This document shows positions 34,258 through 43,935 of a stretch of 64,000 nt of DNA, in pieces. Source of the DNA: Acidobacteriota bacterium. Its GTDB lineage: Bacteria; Acidobacteriota; CAIWXX01. The translations under genes and the position numbers were made by a program. A model generated the notes under the pieces. The model was not told the DNA's origin. It worked only from the letters and a program-made list of their open reading frames with translations, and ran no database searches. Position 1 is the stretch's first letter. Every line of letters begins with the position of its first letter. The stretch spans positions 96,001 to 160,000 of the forward strand of contig JBFMAF010000049.1 in assembly GCA_040755995.1 (NCBI GenBank). The letters run 5' to 3'.

Positions 34258-34647
34258 ATGGTTGATGAGAAGAAGGTCCGCGAGATGCTCGCGGATGTCG
34301 TCAAATACATCGATGGCTACTCCATCGTGAGGCACCCGCGTGCGGAGCTCGCCGCGAACCGTTGCCTTCAGGATGTCGAGCTGTACGGTGTGACCAGCCA
34401 GCACAAGATCACAGAGCGGTTGTTCGCCTGCCGGGACGGAAGGGTCTCGGAGCTGACGCCGAAGGCGACCCGGGTCCGCAAGAAATCATACCAGCCGCAG
34501 GACGATAGGGAGGAAGAGGGCGAGCGCATCGCAGGGCTGCTCACCGGCGACGAGGAGTGGGTCGCCATCCTGCGCTCCGAGTTCACCACCCGCCCCAAAG
34601 GGCCTCACGCGGCGGAAAAGACGCTGGAGCTCTACTCGGCTGCCTGA
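34258..34647 (+). CDS. Hypothetical protein
   Basis: GGAGG RBS, codon style like neighbours, no recognised motif. Confidence 0.65.
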   Translation: MVDEKKVREMLADVVKYIDGYSIVRHPRAELAANRCLQDVELYGVTSQHKITERLFACRDGRVSELTPKATRVRKKSYQPQDDREEEGERIAGLLTGDEEWVAILRSEFTTRPKGPHAAEKTLELYSAA

Positions 34648-34737
34648 GCCGAGACCCGGCTGGACGACGCCGGAGCGGCCCCGGTCGGGTACGGGTACGC
34701 GTACGTCAGGGACTGGCCGGTCTGAGGCCCTGCCTCG

Positions 34738-35658
34738 CTACACGGGAGTCAATTCAAAGAGACTGATTTCAGGGCGGCAGTTGAACCGCACCGGCGCAAG
34801 ATGCCCGATCCCCCTGTTCACATACAGCAGACCGTCTCCCACACTGTAGAGACCGGCGCGGCGCTCGCGGTTCTGCACCGGGAGCAGCGGCGCGCCGATC
34901 AAAGGAAGCACGACCTGCCCGCCGTGCGTGTGCCCCGAGACGATCAGGTCCGATCGGAACCGGGCCAGCAGATCCGCGCTGTCGGGGTTGTGAGAGAGCA
35001 CGAGCCGCGGCACCTGAGGCTCGATCCCATCAAAAGCGGCTTCAGGTGCGAACCCGCCGGACCATAAGTCATCCAGACCGACGACCGCTAACGAGGCGCC
35101 GTCCAGACGAACACGGATCGATTCGTTGACAAGGAGACGGATGCCCGACCTCTCGAAGTGCTCCGCGAAGCTCTCGGCCGCATGCGGATCGCGCTTCGAC
35201 ACGCGGAACCGGTAAACCCCGTAGTCGTGGTTCCCGAGGACTGCGCAGACCCCCAGACGGGCCCTCAGGCCATTCAGCGCCTCGATCACCGGCCGCGTGT
35301 ACTTCTTGCCGCTCGTCGTGATGTAGTCACCGGTCAGTACGACCAGATCCGGCTTCATGTCGTTCGCCGCATCAATGCAGCTCTCGATGTACGGCAGCGG
35401 CACGACCGAGCTGTGATGGATGTCGGTCAGCTGAACGATCCGAAACCCGCGAAATACGGCCGGCAGGCCGTCGATAGGAATCCTGAGCCGCGAGCAATCG
35501 AGCCACCGAGTCTCCAGGTATCGTACATAGATGGCCGTGGCCGCCGCCGACGCAACCGCGACGGCGCCGGCACGAATCAATCTCCGGCGGCCCAGCCGCG
35601 CGGCGAGCGCGGGAACACGGCCCATTCTGCCATAGGCTGGCCGAATCCTCCCCGTCAT
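34738..35658 (-). CDS. Metallophosphoesterase (YkuE/YaeI-like), Tat-like leader
   Basis: DIH, GDY, GNHD, HNPD, GHTHGGQ. Confidence 0.93.
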   Translation of the reverse strand: MTGRIRPAYGRMGRVPALAARLGRRRLIRAGAVAVASAAATAIYVRYLETRWLDCSRLRIPIDGLPAVFRGFRIVQLTDIHHSSVVPLPYIESCIDAANDMKPDLVVLTGDYITTSGKKYTRPVIEALNGLRARLGVCAVLGNHDYGVYRFRVSKRDPHAAESFAEHFERSGIRLLVNESIRVRLDGASLAVVGLDDLWSGGFAPEAAFDGIEPQVPRLVLSHNPDSADLLARFRSDLIVSGHTHGGQVVLPLIGAPLLPVQNRERRAGLYSVGDGLLYVNRGIGHLAPVRFNCRPEISLFELTPV

Positions 35659-35757
35659 GAGGCAATCAGGATAGCCCGGTTCTCGGGAAATCTCAAGTCC
35701 TGCCCGTGGCGACGGCGACGTGGCGATCCCCGGAGATGCAGTGTCGAAAAGCGATGT

Positions 35758-36606
35758 TCAGCGATCGTTCGACGATCGTCGGGCCTGCCCGCGCGCCAGC
35801 TTGCCTACCATGCGCCTGATCACGCGTCGCTCCATCATCAGCGCCCGCAGCTCGGCCAGCTTCCGCTCCATCGCCGCCTCCCCTGCTCTGAGCATCTCAT
35901 CCGCCCTCGAGAGATCCTGCCATCCGATCTGGCCGATCTCCGGCGCGACGATCAAGTCCGCCGCTTCGATGTAGGGCGTGACGGCCTTCCGGGTGGTGAT
36001 GTAGATCGACTGCACGATCACCTCGAACAGGTTGGTCGGTCGGGCGAAGCGCGTCAGCCCCTGGTTGGCGTCCGAAACCATGATGATGTCGACGCCGCGA
36101 CGTCGCAGCACCTGAGTCGGCACGTTGGCCGAGACCCCTCCGTCGACCAGCAGACGATCGCTCCGGATCGACGGCGGCAGCAGCCCCGGCAGTGCGCAGC
36201 TGGCTCGAACCGCCGGCACGATCTCGCCACGGGAGATTACGGTCGCCTTACCCGTGCCCAGGTCCGTCGCCACGGCCAGCAGGGGAATCTTCAGATCTTC
36301 GAGGCGCTTGACGGGGAGGAGGCTGTCCAGCAGCCGTTCGAGGGGCGCTGAGCTGAGGAGGCCCATACGAGAGGGGGCGATTCTGAACAGGTCCTTCCAG
36401 CGCAGATCGCGGACGATACGCGCCATCTGTTCCATGGCGACTCCGGCCGCGAACGCAGCTCCGACGATACTCCCCGCGCTCGCCGCCGCTATAGCCTTGA
36501 CCGGGATGCCTTCCCGTTCCAGCACCCGCAGGCAACCGATGTGCACGACACAGTGCGCTGCCCCGCCGGAGAGCACGACACCGAGCGTTCGCCGGTAGCC
36601 CTGCAT
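35758..36606 (-). CDS. Patatin-like phospholipase
   Basis: LSGGAA, AASAG, RASCALPG, DGG. Confidence 0.85.
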   Translation of the reverse strand: MQGYRRTLGVVLSGGAAHCVVHIGCLRVLEREGIPVKAIAAASAGSIVGAAFAAGVAMEQMARIVRDLRWKDLFRIAPSRMGLLSSAPLERLLDSLLPVKRLEDLKIPLLAVATDLGTGKATVISRGEIVPAVRASCALPGLLPPSIRSDRLLVDGGVSANVPTQVLRRRGVDIIMVSDANQGLTRFARPTNLFEVIVQSIYITTRKAVTPYIEAADLIVAPEIGQIGWQDLSRADEMLRAGEAAMERKLAELRALMMERRVIRRMVGKLARGQARRSSNDR

Positions 36607-36607
36607 C

Positions 36608-37039
36608 TCAGGCAGGATCAGGGTGCGGCTCGCTCGAATCAGCTCCAATGCGCCGCAGAGCTTCGACCCACCGATCGGGCATAGCTTTTCTTTGACCCGC
36701 GCGATCCAGCACGAGGTGGCGGCTTTGCCCCTCGGCAATGACTGTCGCTCCGTCGACGCTCACGAGCTCGTAGGAGAAGCGCGCTGCGCGCCGGTTTATC
36801 TCCTTCAACCACGTCCTCACCACGATCTCCTGGTCGTAGTAGGCGGGCTTGAGATACCTGCAGGAGACCTCGGTCACCACGAAGAAGAACCCCTCGCGTT
36901 CCATCTCCGAATATGGCACGCCGGCGGCCCGGCACAGGTCGCTGCGTCCGACTTCAAACCACACGATGTGGCTCGCGTGGTAGGCGATACCCATCCGGTC
37001 TGTCTCTGCGTATCGGACTCGAACACGAGACTCGATCAT
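36608..37039 (-). CDS. YbgC/FadM family acyl-CoA thioesterase
   Basis: RVRYAETDRMGIAYH, WFEVGR. Confidence 0.93.
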   Translation of the reverse strand: MIESRVRVRYAETDRMGIAYHASHIVWFEVGRSDLCRAAGVPYSEMEREGFFFVVTEVSCRYLKPAYYDQEIVVRTWLKEINRRAARFSYELVSVDGATVIAEGQSRHLVLDRAGQRKAMPDRWVEALRRIGADSSEPHPDPA

Positions 37040-37153
37040 CGCGCTTCAGGCATGCTCGGCATCAAGCGTTGTCGCGCATTGGACGGATGTCGCAGCAATG
37101 CGACTGTCCTGCGGCCGTGATGTCCACCGGCATATCGATGGCACCGCGAGCGC

Positions 37154-38164
37154 TCAGGACGGCTGCATGTCGCGCACGACCTGGTCGAATCGGCTGGTAG
37201 CGTTCCGGCCGTTGTTCTTGACCCACAGGAGTGCACGGTCGGCATTTTCGACGAGGGATTTTGCCCACGCGGCGGCGCTCTCAGCGGTGACGGCCACCTG
37301 CGGGTCGGCCTTCGCGTCCATGGGGAAGGAGCTGACGCCGATGCTGATGGTGATTCTCAATGGAATGTTGTTCACCCAGAACTCCATGTTCTGGGTCCCC
37401 TGTCGCAGGCGTTCCGCGATTCTGATCGCGCCGTCGAGATCGGTTTCGGGGAGGATAACCGCGAATTCCTCGCCGCCCCATCGAGCGGGGATGTCCTGGT
37501 GCCGGCACGTGTCGCGCACCAGCGAGGCGAACTTCTGCAGCACGAGATCGCCGGCGAGGTGGCCGTATTCATCGTTCATCTTCTTGAATCGGTCCATGTC
37601 GATCATCAGCAGGGAAAGCACGCGGCCGTTCCTGTGGGCGATCGAGATCTGCCTCTTCAGAGCCTCTTCGAAGTAGCTCTTGTTGAAGAGCCGGGTGAGG
37701 CTGTCTTTTGTGGCCATCTCGTAAAGCCTCTGGTGGTATCGCGTCTCACCCTCATCCCGGGCCTGTATCTTCAGGATGGTCTCGCCCATGCGAATCTTGT
37801 CGCCCTGTCTGAGGAGCGCCCGGCGCACCTCCGTGTTGTTGACGAACGTGCCGTTTGTCGACCCGAGATCCTGGACTTCGACGACGTAGTAGCCGACCTC
37901 GTTGGGTGCAGGCAGAACGCTCACCCTGCAGTGGCGACGGCTCACGCGCGCATCGCTCAACTGTATCTCAGAATCCTCGCCCCTCCCGACCAGCGAGACC
38001 TGCTTGGTCAGGTGGAACTCGCGTCCGAAATCTATGTCGGCACCAGCGATGACGGTCAGGAAAAGATTCTCGCTGCTCGGGAACATCTCCTCGCGGCGCA
38101 CGAAGACCGTCGACTTGGTGCTGTCGACATCCAGCGGTTCCGGGAGCACAGTCTTATCCATCAT
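37154..38164 (-). CDS. FHA-domain diguanylate cyclase
   Basis: VGR, VSRRH, GSTNGTF; GGEEF with RHQD I-site; TTGACA-18-TATAAT promoter at 38184-38213. Confidence 0.93.
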   Translation of the reverse strand: MMDKTVLPEPLDVDSTKSTVFVRREEMFPSSENLFLTVIAGADIDFGREFHLTKQVSLVGRGEDSEIQLSDARVSRRHCRVSVLPAPNEVGYYVVEVQDLGSTNGTFVNNTEVRRALLRQGDKIRMGETILKIQARDEGETRYHQRLYEMATKDSLTRLFNKSYFEEALKRQISIAHRNGRVLSLLMIDMDRFKKMNDEYGHLAGDLVLQKFASLVRDTCRHQDIPARWGGEEFAVILPETDLDGAIRIAERLRQGTQNMEFWVNNIPLRITISIGVSSFPMDAKADPQVAVTAESAAAWAKSLVENADRALLWVKNNGRNATSRFDQVVRDMQPS

Positions 38165-38290
38165 ACAACTTGCGCTGGTTCATATTATAGGAACGCGCTG
38201 TGAACGCTGTCAACATGTATCCGGCTGACGGCTGACAACACGTACCTGCGTGTCACCGAGCCGGGATCCGGCTGCGCACCCGTCCACTCT

Positions 38291-38357
38291 CAATACAGCG
38301 CGTCAGACAATCCCTCGACTCGTCGAGTCCGTTGTGGACCTCTGACGCGCTGTATGG
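38291..38357 (+). mobile_element. 67-bp miniature inverted-repeat element, copy D
   Basis: ATACAGCGCGTCAGA...TCTGACGCGCTGTAT perfect 15-bp TIR. Confidence 0.8.
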
Positions 38358-38379
38358 TCGAGGCGGAGCCGCGCCGGCA

Positions 38380-38622
38380 TCAGCGCGCGCATTCCTGGTG
38401 TTTCCTCCGGCACTCCTCGCTGCAGAAATAGAGCGTCTGCGTTCCGACCTTCATCGAGATTGCTCTGCTCTGGGGGATGTAGGTATCGCAGACTGGGTCC
38501 CTGACGATCCACTCGCGCTTCTCCTCCGGAGGGCGAGCCGATGACTCCTTGAGCTGGGCGGCGACCTTGCGAAACGCCCAGTAGGCGAGCGCCATGCCCA
38601 GCAGCTTCAGAAGTGGACCCAT
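38380..38622 (-). CDS. Small membrane-anchored YHS/TRASH domain protein
   Basis: DPVC...YFCSEEC. Confidence 0.85.
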   Translation of the reverse strand: MGPLLKLLGMALAYWAFRKVAAQLKESSARPPEEKREWIVRDPVCDTYIPQSRAISMKVGTQTLYFCSEECRRKHQECAR

Positions 38623-38659
38623 AGCCAGTTGGCGAGTCTAGGCCCGTCCGGAGGTTGTG

Positions 38660-39703
38660 TCAAACCGCGTGCGGTTCGATGATCACTTTCATCGACTCTG
38701 CGGCTTCTGCCACGAGTCTGAAGCCGAGGCCGATCTGATCCAGTGAAAGCTTGTGGGTGATCAGTCTGTCCAGCGGCATCCTTTTCGTGCGAATGAGATC
38801 GATGGCCACGACGGCATCCAGAGGAGCGCAGCCGTAGGACGGCAGCATACGGACCTCGTTTCGCCAGAACTCGTTCATTGGGACGGGGATTTCGACATCG
38901 GGCTCGGTCGTGGCGAAGCAGAGGACGGTGCCGCCGCGGTCAACTGCCCGCAGCGCCTGCTTGAATGCCGGCAGAGCGCCGGTGCAGACGATGGCGATGT
39001 CGACGCGTCGATTGTCGTTCTCGACCAGCACGCGGCCCGGAACGTCCTCGCTCGCGTGCATCACCACATCCGCTCCGAGCTCCTTCGCCATCCTCAGGCG
39101 GTACTCGTTGATATCCGTTGCGAAAATGCGGCCGGCCCCCATGGCGCGCGCCGCCAGAAGATGGAGCAGCCCGGATATGCCTGAGCCCAGGATCAGCACG
39201 GTGTCGCCGGGTTTGAGATGGGCCACCCGCTGTCCGCGGATTACGCAGCCCAGAGGCTCGACGAATGTCCCCTCGTCGTACGTGACATCATCCGGCAGCA
39301 CGAAGACGCCGCGGTCGACATTCAGCCGGGGGACACGCAGATACTCGGCGAAGCCGCCGGGGTCGTAGTTGGTAGTGTGGAGCGTCTCGCAGGCGGTGTG
39401 ATATCCCTTGAGGCAATACCGGCAGGTGTTGCATGGAATATGATGGGCGACGAAGACGCGGTCGCCCACCTTGTAGTTCCGGACGCCGTCTCCGACTTCG
39501 ACAATATCTCCTGCGATTTCGTGCCCCAGAACTCGAGGAGCCTTCTTGACCCTGTACCACTCCAGGACGTCGCTGCCGCAGATGCCGCTGGCCACCACCT
39601 TGACGAGCATCTCACCGGGGCCGATTCGCGGGACCGGCATCTCTTCGACCCGCACGTCGCGGTTGTTGTAGTACATCCCGACACGCATCTTACCCCCGCT
39701 CAT
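38660..39703 (-). CDS. Zn-dependent (sorbitol/iditol-type) dehydrogenase
   Basis: GICGSD, GHE, CNTCRYC...C, GSGISG. Confidence 0.93.
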   Translation of the reverse strand: MSGGKMRVGMYYNNRDVRVEEMPVPRIGPGEMLVKVVASGICGSDVLEWYRVKKAPRVLGHEIAGDIVEVGDGVRNYKVGDRVFVAHHIPCNTCRYCLKGYHTACETLHTTNYDPGGFAEYLRVPRLNVDRGVFVLPDDVTYDEGTFVEPLGCVIRGQRVAHLKPGDTVLILGSGISGLLHLLAARAMGAGRIFATDINEYRLRMAKELGADVVMHASEDVPGRVLVENDNRRVDIAIVCTGALPAFKQALRAVDRGGTVLCFATTEPDVEIPVPMNEFWRNEVRMLPSYGCAPLDAVVAIDLIRTKRMPLDRLITHKLSLDQIGLGFRLVAEAAESMKVIIEPHAV

Positions 39704-39721
39704 CGACCGCTTCCGTGGAAC

Positions 39722-40510
39722 CTAGCGGGTCAGCTCGGCATAGAGCTCCGCGGCCTCCCTGGGTGTCGCCTTGCCGTGGATGACCGAGTGGAGCGCCCTG
39801 GCCATCGGCACCGGATGCGGGTCCTGCCAGATGTTCCTGCCGAGGTTGACGCCGATCGCACCTTTCTGAAGTCCATCGTACACGAAATCGAAAACCTCGC
39901 GTTGGGTATCGCACTTCGGCCCGCCTGCCATGACGACGGGCACCGGACAGCCCTCGACCACCTTGTCGAAATCCTTCTCGCACCAGTAGGTCTTCACGAC
40001 CTTGGCACCCATCTCCGCCGCGATCCTGCAGCTCAGCGCGAGATATCGCGCCTCCCGCTTCTCCGTCTCCTTGCCCACTGCAGTGACCGCCATCACCGGG
40101 ATCCCGTAGCTTTCGCAGCGGCTGACCATCTCGGCCAGGTTCATGATCGTCTGGGTTTCGTAGTCGGTGCCGACGAACACGGAGATGCCGACCGCGGCGG
40201 CATTCACCCGAATCACCTCATCTATCGGCGTAGTGAGGCGCTCGTCAGCGAGATCACGGCCGATCACACTCGGCCCGCCCGAGACCCGCAGAATGATCGG
40301 CACGTCCCATGAAGGATCGATGCAGGCGCGGACGACACCGCGTGTGCAGAAGAGGGCGTCGCTGTATGGGAGTAGCGGTTTCACGGTTTCACCGGGTCTC
40401 TCCAGGTTCGTGGTCGGGCCAAGGAAGTACCCGTGGTCTATCGGCATGAACATGCAACGACCATCCGCCTTTATGACTCGAGCCAGCCGGTTCTTCATTC
40501 CATAATCCAT
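39722..40510 (-). CDS. lsrF: LsrF-like thiolase/aldolase (DhnA family)
   Basis: GMKNRLAR, DHGYFLGPT, VMAVTAVGKE, RIAAEMGA, AGGPK, GRNIWQ. Confidence 0.88.
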   Translation of the reverse strand: MDYGMKNRLARVIKADGRCMFMPIDHGYFLGPTTNLERPGETVKPLLPYSDALFCTRGVVRACIDPSWDVPIILRVSGGPSVIGRDLADERLTTPIDEVIRVNAAAVGISVFVGTDYETQTIMNLAEMVSRCESYGIPVMAVTAVGKETEKREARYLALSCRIAAEMGAKVVKTYWCEKDFDKVVEGCPVPVVMAGGPKCDTQREVFDFVYDGLQKGAIGVNLGRNIWQDPHPVPMARALHSVIHGKATPREAAELYAELTR

Positions 40511-40570
40511 AGCAGTCGTCTCCTTATATCCGAAGAATCTCGATCCGACGTCCCGCCCAGGCCTGCGGCG

Positions 40571-40792
40571 TTACGCAGCGCCCTTGCCGGGGCGAAAGAT
40601 CAAGTAGCCCTTCTCGATCAACCAATGATGGAACTGATACGTGGTGCGACGGCAGTCGGTCTTGCAGATCTGCCTGACCCGCTCATACTCCGGCGAGCCC
40701 TCCACCTCCGTCTCCAGCTCCAACTGAATCTCGCAACGGACGTCTTTGCAGAACTCCCTCCGCTTGTACTCGATGTAGCCTTCCAACGGCAT
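40571..40792 (-). CDS. Small Cys/His-rich hypothetical protein (73 aa)
   Basis: FCKDVRC...CKTDC...FHHWL; GGAGGG RBS. Confidence 0.7.
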   Translation of the reverse strand: MPLEGYIEYKRREFCKDVRCEIQLELETEVEGSPEYERVRQICKTDCRRTTYQFHHWLIEKGYLIFRPGKGAA

Positions 40793-41171
40793 TGCGCAGC
40801 TCCCTCCAACTGGCCCACCCCGGCGGCCCGCCCACATGCAGGCGCCAAGAACCCGTACTTCTATTGCCCGCGTGCGAAAATGTCAAGCTGTGGCTGCGAC
40901 TTGCGGCCCACGATCAGATTCTTGACTTATGCGCAGGAGAATGTTACGGATAGTAAGAGTAGCGAATAGCTATCACGAGTCGGAGGGGATAGAGAGCACA
41001 GTCATGGACAGGGTTTGCGGGTGAGGGCGGTGAAAAGCCCGGACAGTGGCCGGCAGGTTCACGGACTGGGGATTCTCGATGTACCTGCGCAACGGCGTGC
41101 GTGAAGGGCCACGGGGAACACCGAGGCCCGGCGCGACAGCTGGGAAGTGACGAAGAAGGGGAGGCACCTGG

Positions 41172-41906
41172 ATGACTGGGAGAAGCGATCGATTCACCTC
41201 GAAGCACCAACCTGCCTCGGACGACGCCGGAGAGCTGGACATGACCTCCGGTGAGCTCCCGCCGATCAAGCACGACGACATCGAGATCAGTTTCGAGGAC
41301 ACGGGGATCATGCGACGGGAGGCCGCGCAGCTTGCGCTCACGAGAGAGCCCGAGCCCCCGAAGGAAGCACCACCACATCCACCCCAGCCCGCCCCCATCA
41401 AGCTCGAGGACACTCCGGAGTATCAGAAGCTGCTGCAAGAGAAGGCGGTCCTGGCCGACCAGCTCCTCCGGAAGATGGCCGACTTCGACAACTTCAGGAA
41501 GCGCCTGGATCGTGAAAAGGCAGAATTCATGGTCTACGCCAACACAGATCTTGTGCTGGACCTGCTGCCCTTCCTGGACAACCTGGAGCGGGCGCTCTCG
41601 CACACGAATCACGACAACATGAAGGGGTTCGTCGAGGGGGTCGAGCTGATCTACAGACAGGTGAAGGAGGTCCTCGCGAAGTACGGCGTGACGCCGATCG
41701 AGGCGCTCGGGACTCCATTCGACCCGACCTACCACCAGGCCATCGGGTTCGCCGAGACCAGCACAGTGCAGGACGGCCACGTCGCCGAAGAGGTGCTCAA
41801 GGGTTACATGATCCACGAGCGGCTCTTGCGACCGGCATGCGTACGCGTGGCGCGTGCACCGGAACCGCCGGCCGAGACCGCGCCGGCTGCGGAAACGGAA
41901 TCGTAG
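41172..41906 (+). CDS. grpE: Nucleotide exchange factor GrpE
   Basis: ADFDNFRKR, FDPTYHQA, KGY...LLRPA. Confidence 0.95.
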   Translation: MTGRSDRFTSKHQPASDDAGELDMTSGELPPIKHDDIEISFEDTGIMRREAAQLALTREPEPPKEAPPHPPQPAPIKLEDTPEYQKLLQEKAVLADQLLRKMADFDNFRKRLDREKAEFMVYANTDLVLDLLPFLDNLERALSHTNHDNMKGFVEGVELIYRQVKEVLAKYGVTPIEALGTPFDPTYHQAIGFAETSTVQDGHVAEEVLKGYMIHERLLRPACVRVARAPEPPAETAPAAETES

Positions 41907-41968
41907 GACGATCTGCCCGAGCAGATCGAGAGAGACAACAGAGAGCAAACAGCGGAGCGACATGAGGA

Positions 41969-43807
41969 ATGGCACACATTATTGGAATCGACCTGGGCAC
42001 TACCAATAGCTGCGTTGCGTATCTGGAGGGATCTGAAGCGCATGTCATCCCGAACCAGGAGGGCGCGCGCACGACGCCGTCCATCGTGGCGTTCACCGAC
42101 AAGGGCGAAAGACTTGTCGGGCAGCTCGCCAAGCGCCAGACAATCATCAACCCGAGGAACACTCTTTACGCCGTCAAGCGTCTGATCGGGCGCCGATTCG
42201 AATCGCCCGAGATCGAGCAGGCCAGGACGAGGCTGCCGTACGAGCTGGCCAGCGCCCCCAACGGAGACGTGCGGATCAAGGCGGGTGGGAAGGAGTGGGC
42301 TCCGCCGGAGATCTCCGCCATCGTCCTGCAAAAACTCCGTGACGCGGCCGAGGCGTTTCTGCACGAGAAGGTCGAAGAGGCCATCATAACCTGCCCGGCC
42401 TACTTCAACGACAGCCAGCGCTCGGCCACGCGCGACGCAGGCGTGATCGCCGGCCTGAACGTGCTGCGCATCATAAACGAGCCGACCGCGGCCTCACTGG
42501 CGTACGGCCAGAATCGGAAGCAGGCAGAGGTCATCGCGGTGTTCGACCTTGGCGGCGGCACCTTCGATATCTCAGTTCTCGAGATGCAGGACGGCGCCTT
42601 CAAGGTGCTCGCCACCGCCGGAGACACGTATCTGGGCGGGGAGGACTTCGACCAGCGCATAATGGACTTCCTCATCGAGGAGTTCAAACAGACCACCAAT
42701 ATCGACATCAAGAACGACAAGATGGCGCTGCAGAGGGTGAAGGAGGCCGCGGAGAAGGCGAAGTGCGAGCTCTCGACCTCGATCGAAACCGAGGTCAACC
42801 TGCCCTTCATCTCCGGCGACCGCACCGGCCCCAAGCATCTCGTCAGCAAGCTCAGCCGCTCCAAGATCGAGCAGCTCTGCGAAGGGCTGCTTGACAGGAC
42901 GCGCGGCCCGTGCGAGCAGGCTCTGACCGATGCAAAGATCGCCCGCGACCAGGTGAACGCCGTGCTGCTTGTCGGCGGCCAGACCCGCATGCCGCGCGTT
43001 CAGCATGTCGTCGAGAAGATCTTCGGCAAAATCCCGAACAGCTCCATCAACCCCGACGAGGTCGTCGCCATAGGCGCCGCCATACAGGGCAGCATCATCA
43101 AGGGAGACGTGAAGGACCTCATCCTGATGGACGTCACCCCACTGTCGCTCGGGATCGAGACCAAGGGAGGTACCTTCACCAAGATCATCGAACGCAACAC
43201 ATCGATCCCCACCAGCAAGACCATGACTTTCACCACCGTGCAGGACAATCAGAAGATGGTGCGGGTACACGTGCTGCAGGGCGAGCGGGATCTGGCCGAG
43301 CTGAACAAGTCCCTCGGCGTTTTCATGTTGACCGGAATCCCCGATGCCACCGCCGGGACGCCCCACATCGACGTAAGCTTCTCTATCGACGCTAACGGCA
43401 TCGTGGACGTCGGCGCCATCGACCGCGCATCGGGCAACAAGCAGGAGGTCCAGATCACGGCCAGCAGCGGTCTCACCGAGAGCGAGATCCAGCGCATGAT
43501 CGAGTCCGCGAAGCAGTACTCCGAAGAGGACAAGGCGCGCAAGGAGCAGATCAAGCACCAGACGCGCCTCGAGAGCCTGATCGCCTCGGTGCAGGCTTCC
43601 TTCAACGCAATCCAGGAGAAGCTCAAGTCCGAGGACAAGCAGACCTTCGAGGCTGCGATGGAGGAGGCGCGCAAGGCTCTGGAGAAGAGCGAGTTGGAAG
43701 ATCTCAAGATCGCATACGGCCACCTGGATCTGGCATCCAGGAGCGTCACGAAGACTCTGCTGGAGGCCTACGGCGCCACGCCGAAGTCGGAGGACAAGAA
43801 GGCCTAG
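41969..43807 (+). CDS. dnaK: Chaperone DnaK
   Basis: GIDLGTTNS, PAYFND, DLGGGTFD, LVGGQTR. Confidence 0.97.
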   Translation: MAHIIGIDLGTTNSCVAYLEGSEAHVIPNQEGARTTPSIVAFTDKGERLVGQLAKRQTIINPRNTLYAVKRLIGRRFESPEIEQARTRLPYELASAPNGDVRIKAGGKEWAPPEISAIVLQKLRDAAEAFLHEKVEEAIITCPAYFNDSQRSATRDAGVIAGLNVLRIINEPTAASLAYGQNRKQAEVIAVFDLGGGTFDISVLEMQDGAFKVLATAGDTYLGGEDFDQRIMDFLIEEFKQTTNIDIKNDKMALQRVKEAAEKAKCELSTSIETEVNLPFISGDRTGPKHLVSKLSRSKIEQLCEGLLDRTRGPCEQALTDAKIARDQVNAVLLVGGQTRMPRVQHVVEKIFGKIPNSSINPDEVVAIGAAIQGSIIKGDVKDLILMDVTPLSLGIETKGGTFTKIIERNTSIPTSKTMTFTTVQDNQKMVRVHVLQGERDLAELNKSLGVFMLTGIPDATAGTPHIDVSFSIDANGIVDVGAIDRASGNKQEVQITASSGLTESEIQRMIESAKQYSEEDKARKEQIKHQTRLESLIASVQASFNAIQEKLKSEDKQTFEAAMEEARKALEKSELEDLKIAYGHLDLASRSVTKTLLEAYGATPKSEDKKA

Positions 43808-43935
43808 CGCAGCCATTCGATGCGGCGGGGCCCCATACCATCCGGCGCGCGGCCGAGCAGCGACATCTTGGGTGCCGGACTGACGGACCCTGATGAGCGC
43901 GGCCCGAAACCAGGAACGAGGGAGCAAAACAGCAG

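Noticed and set aside
40900..41170. CIRCE operator
   Set aside because: No TTAGCACTC-N9-GAGTGCTAA match
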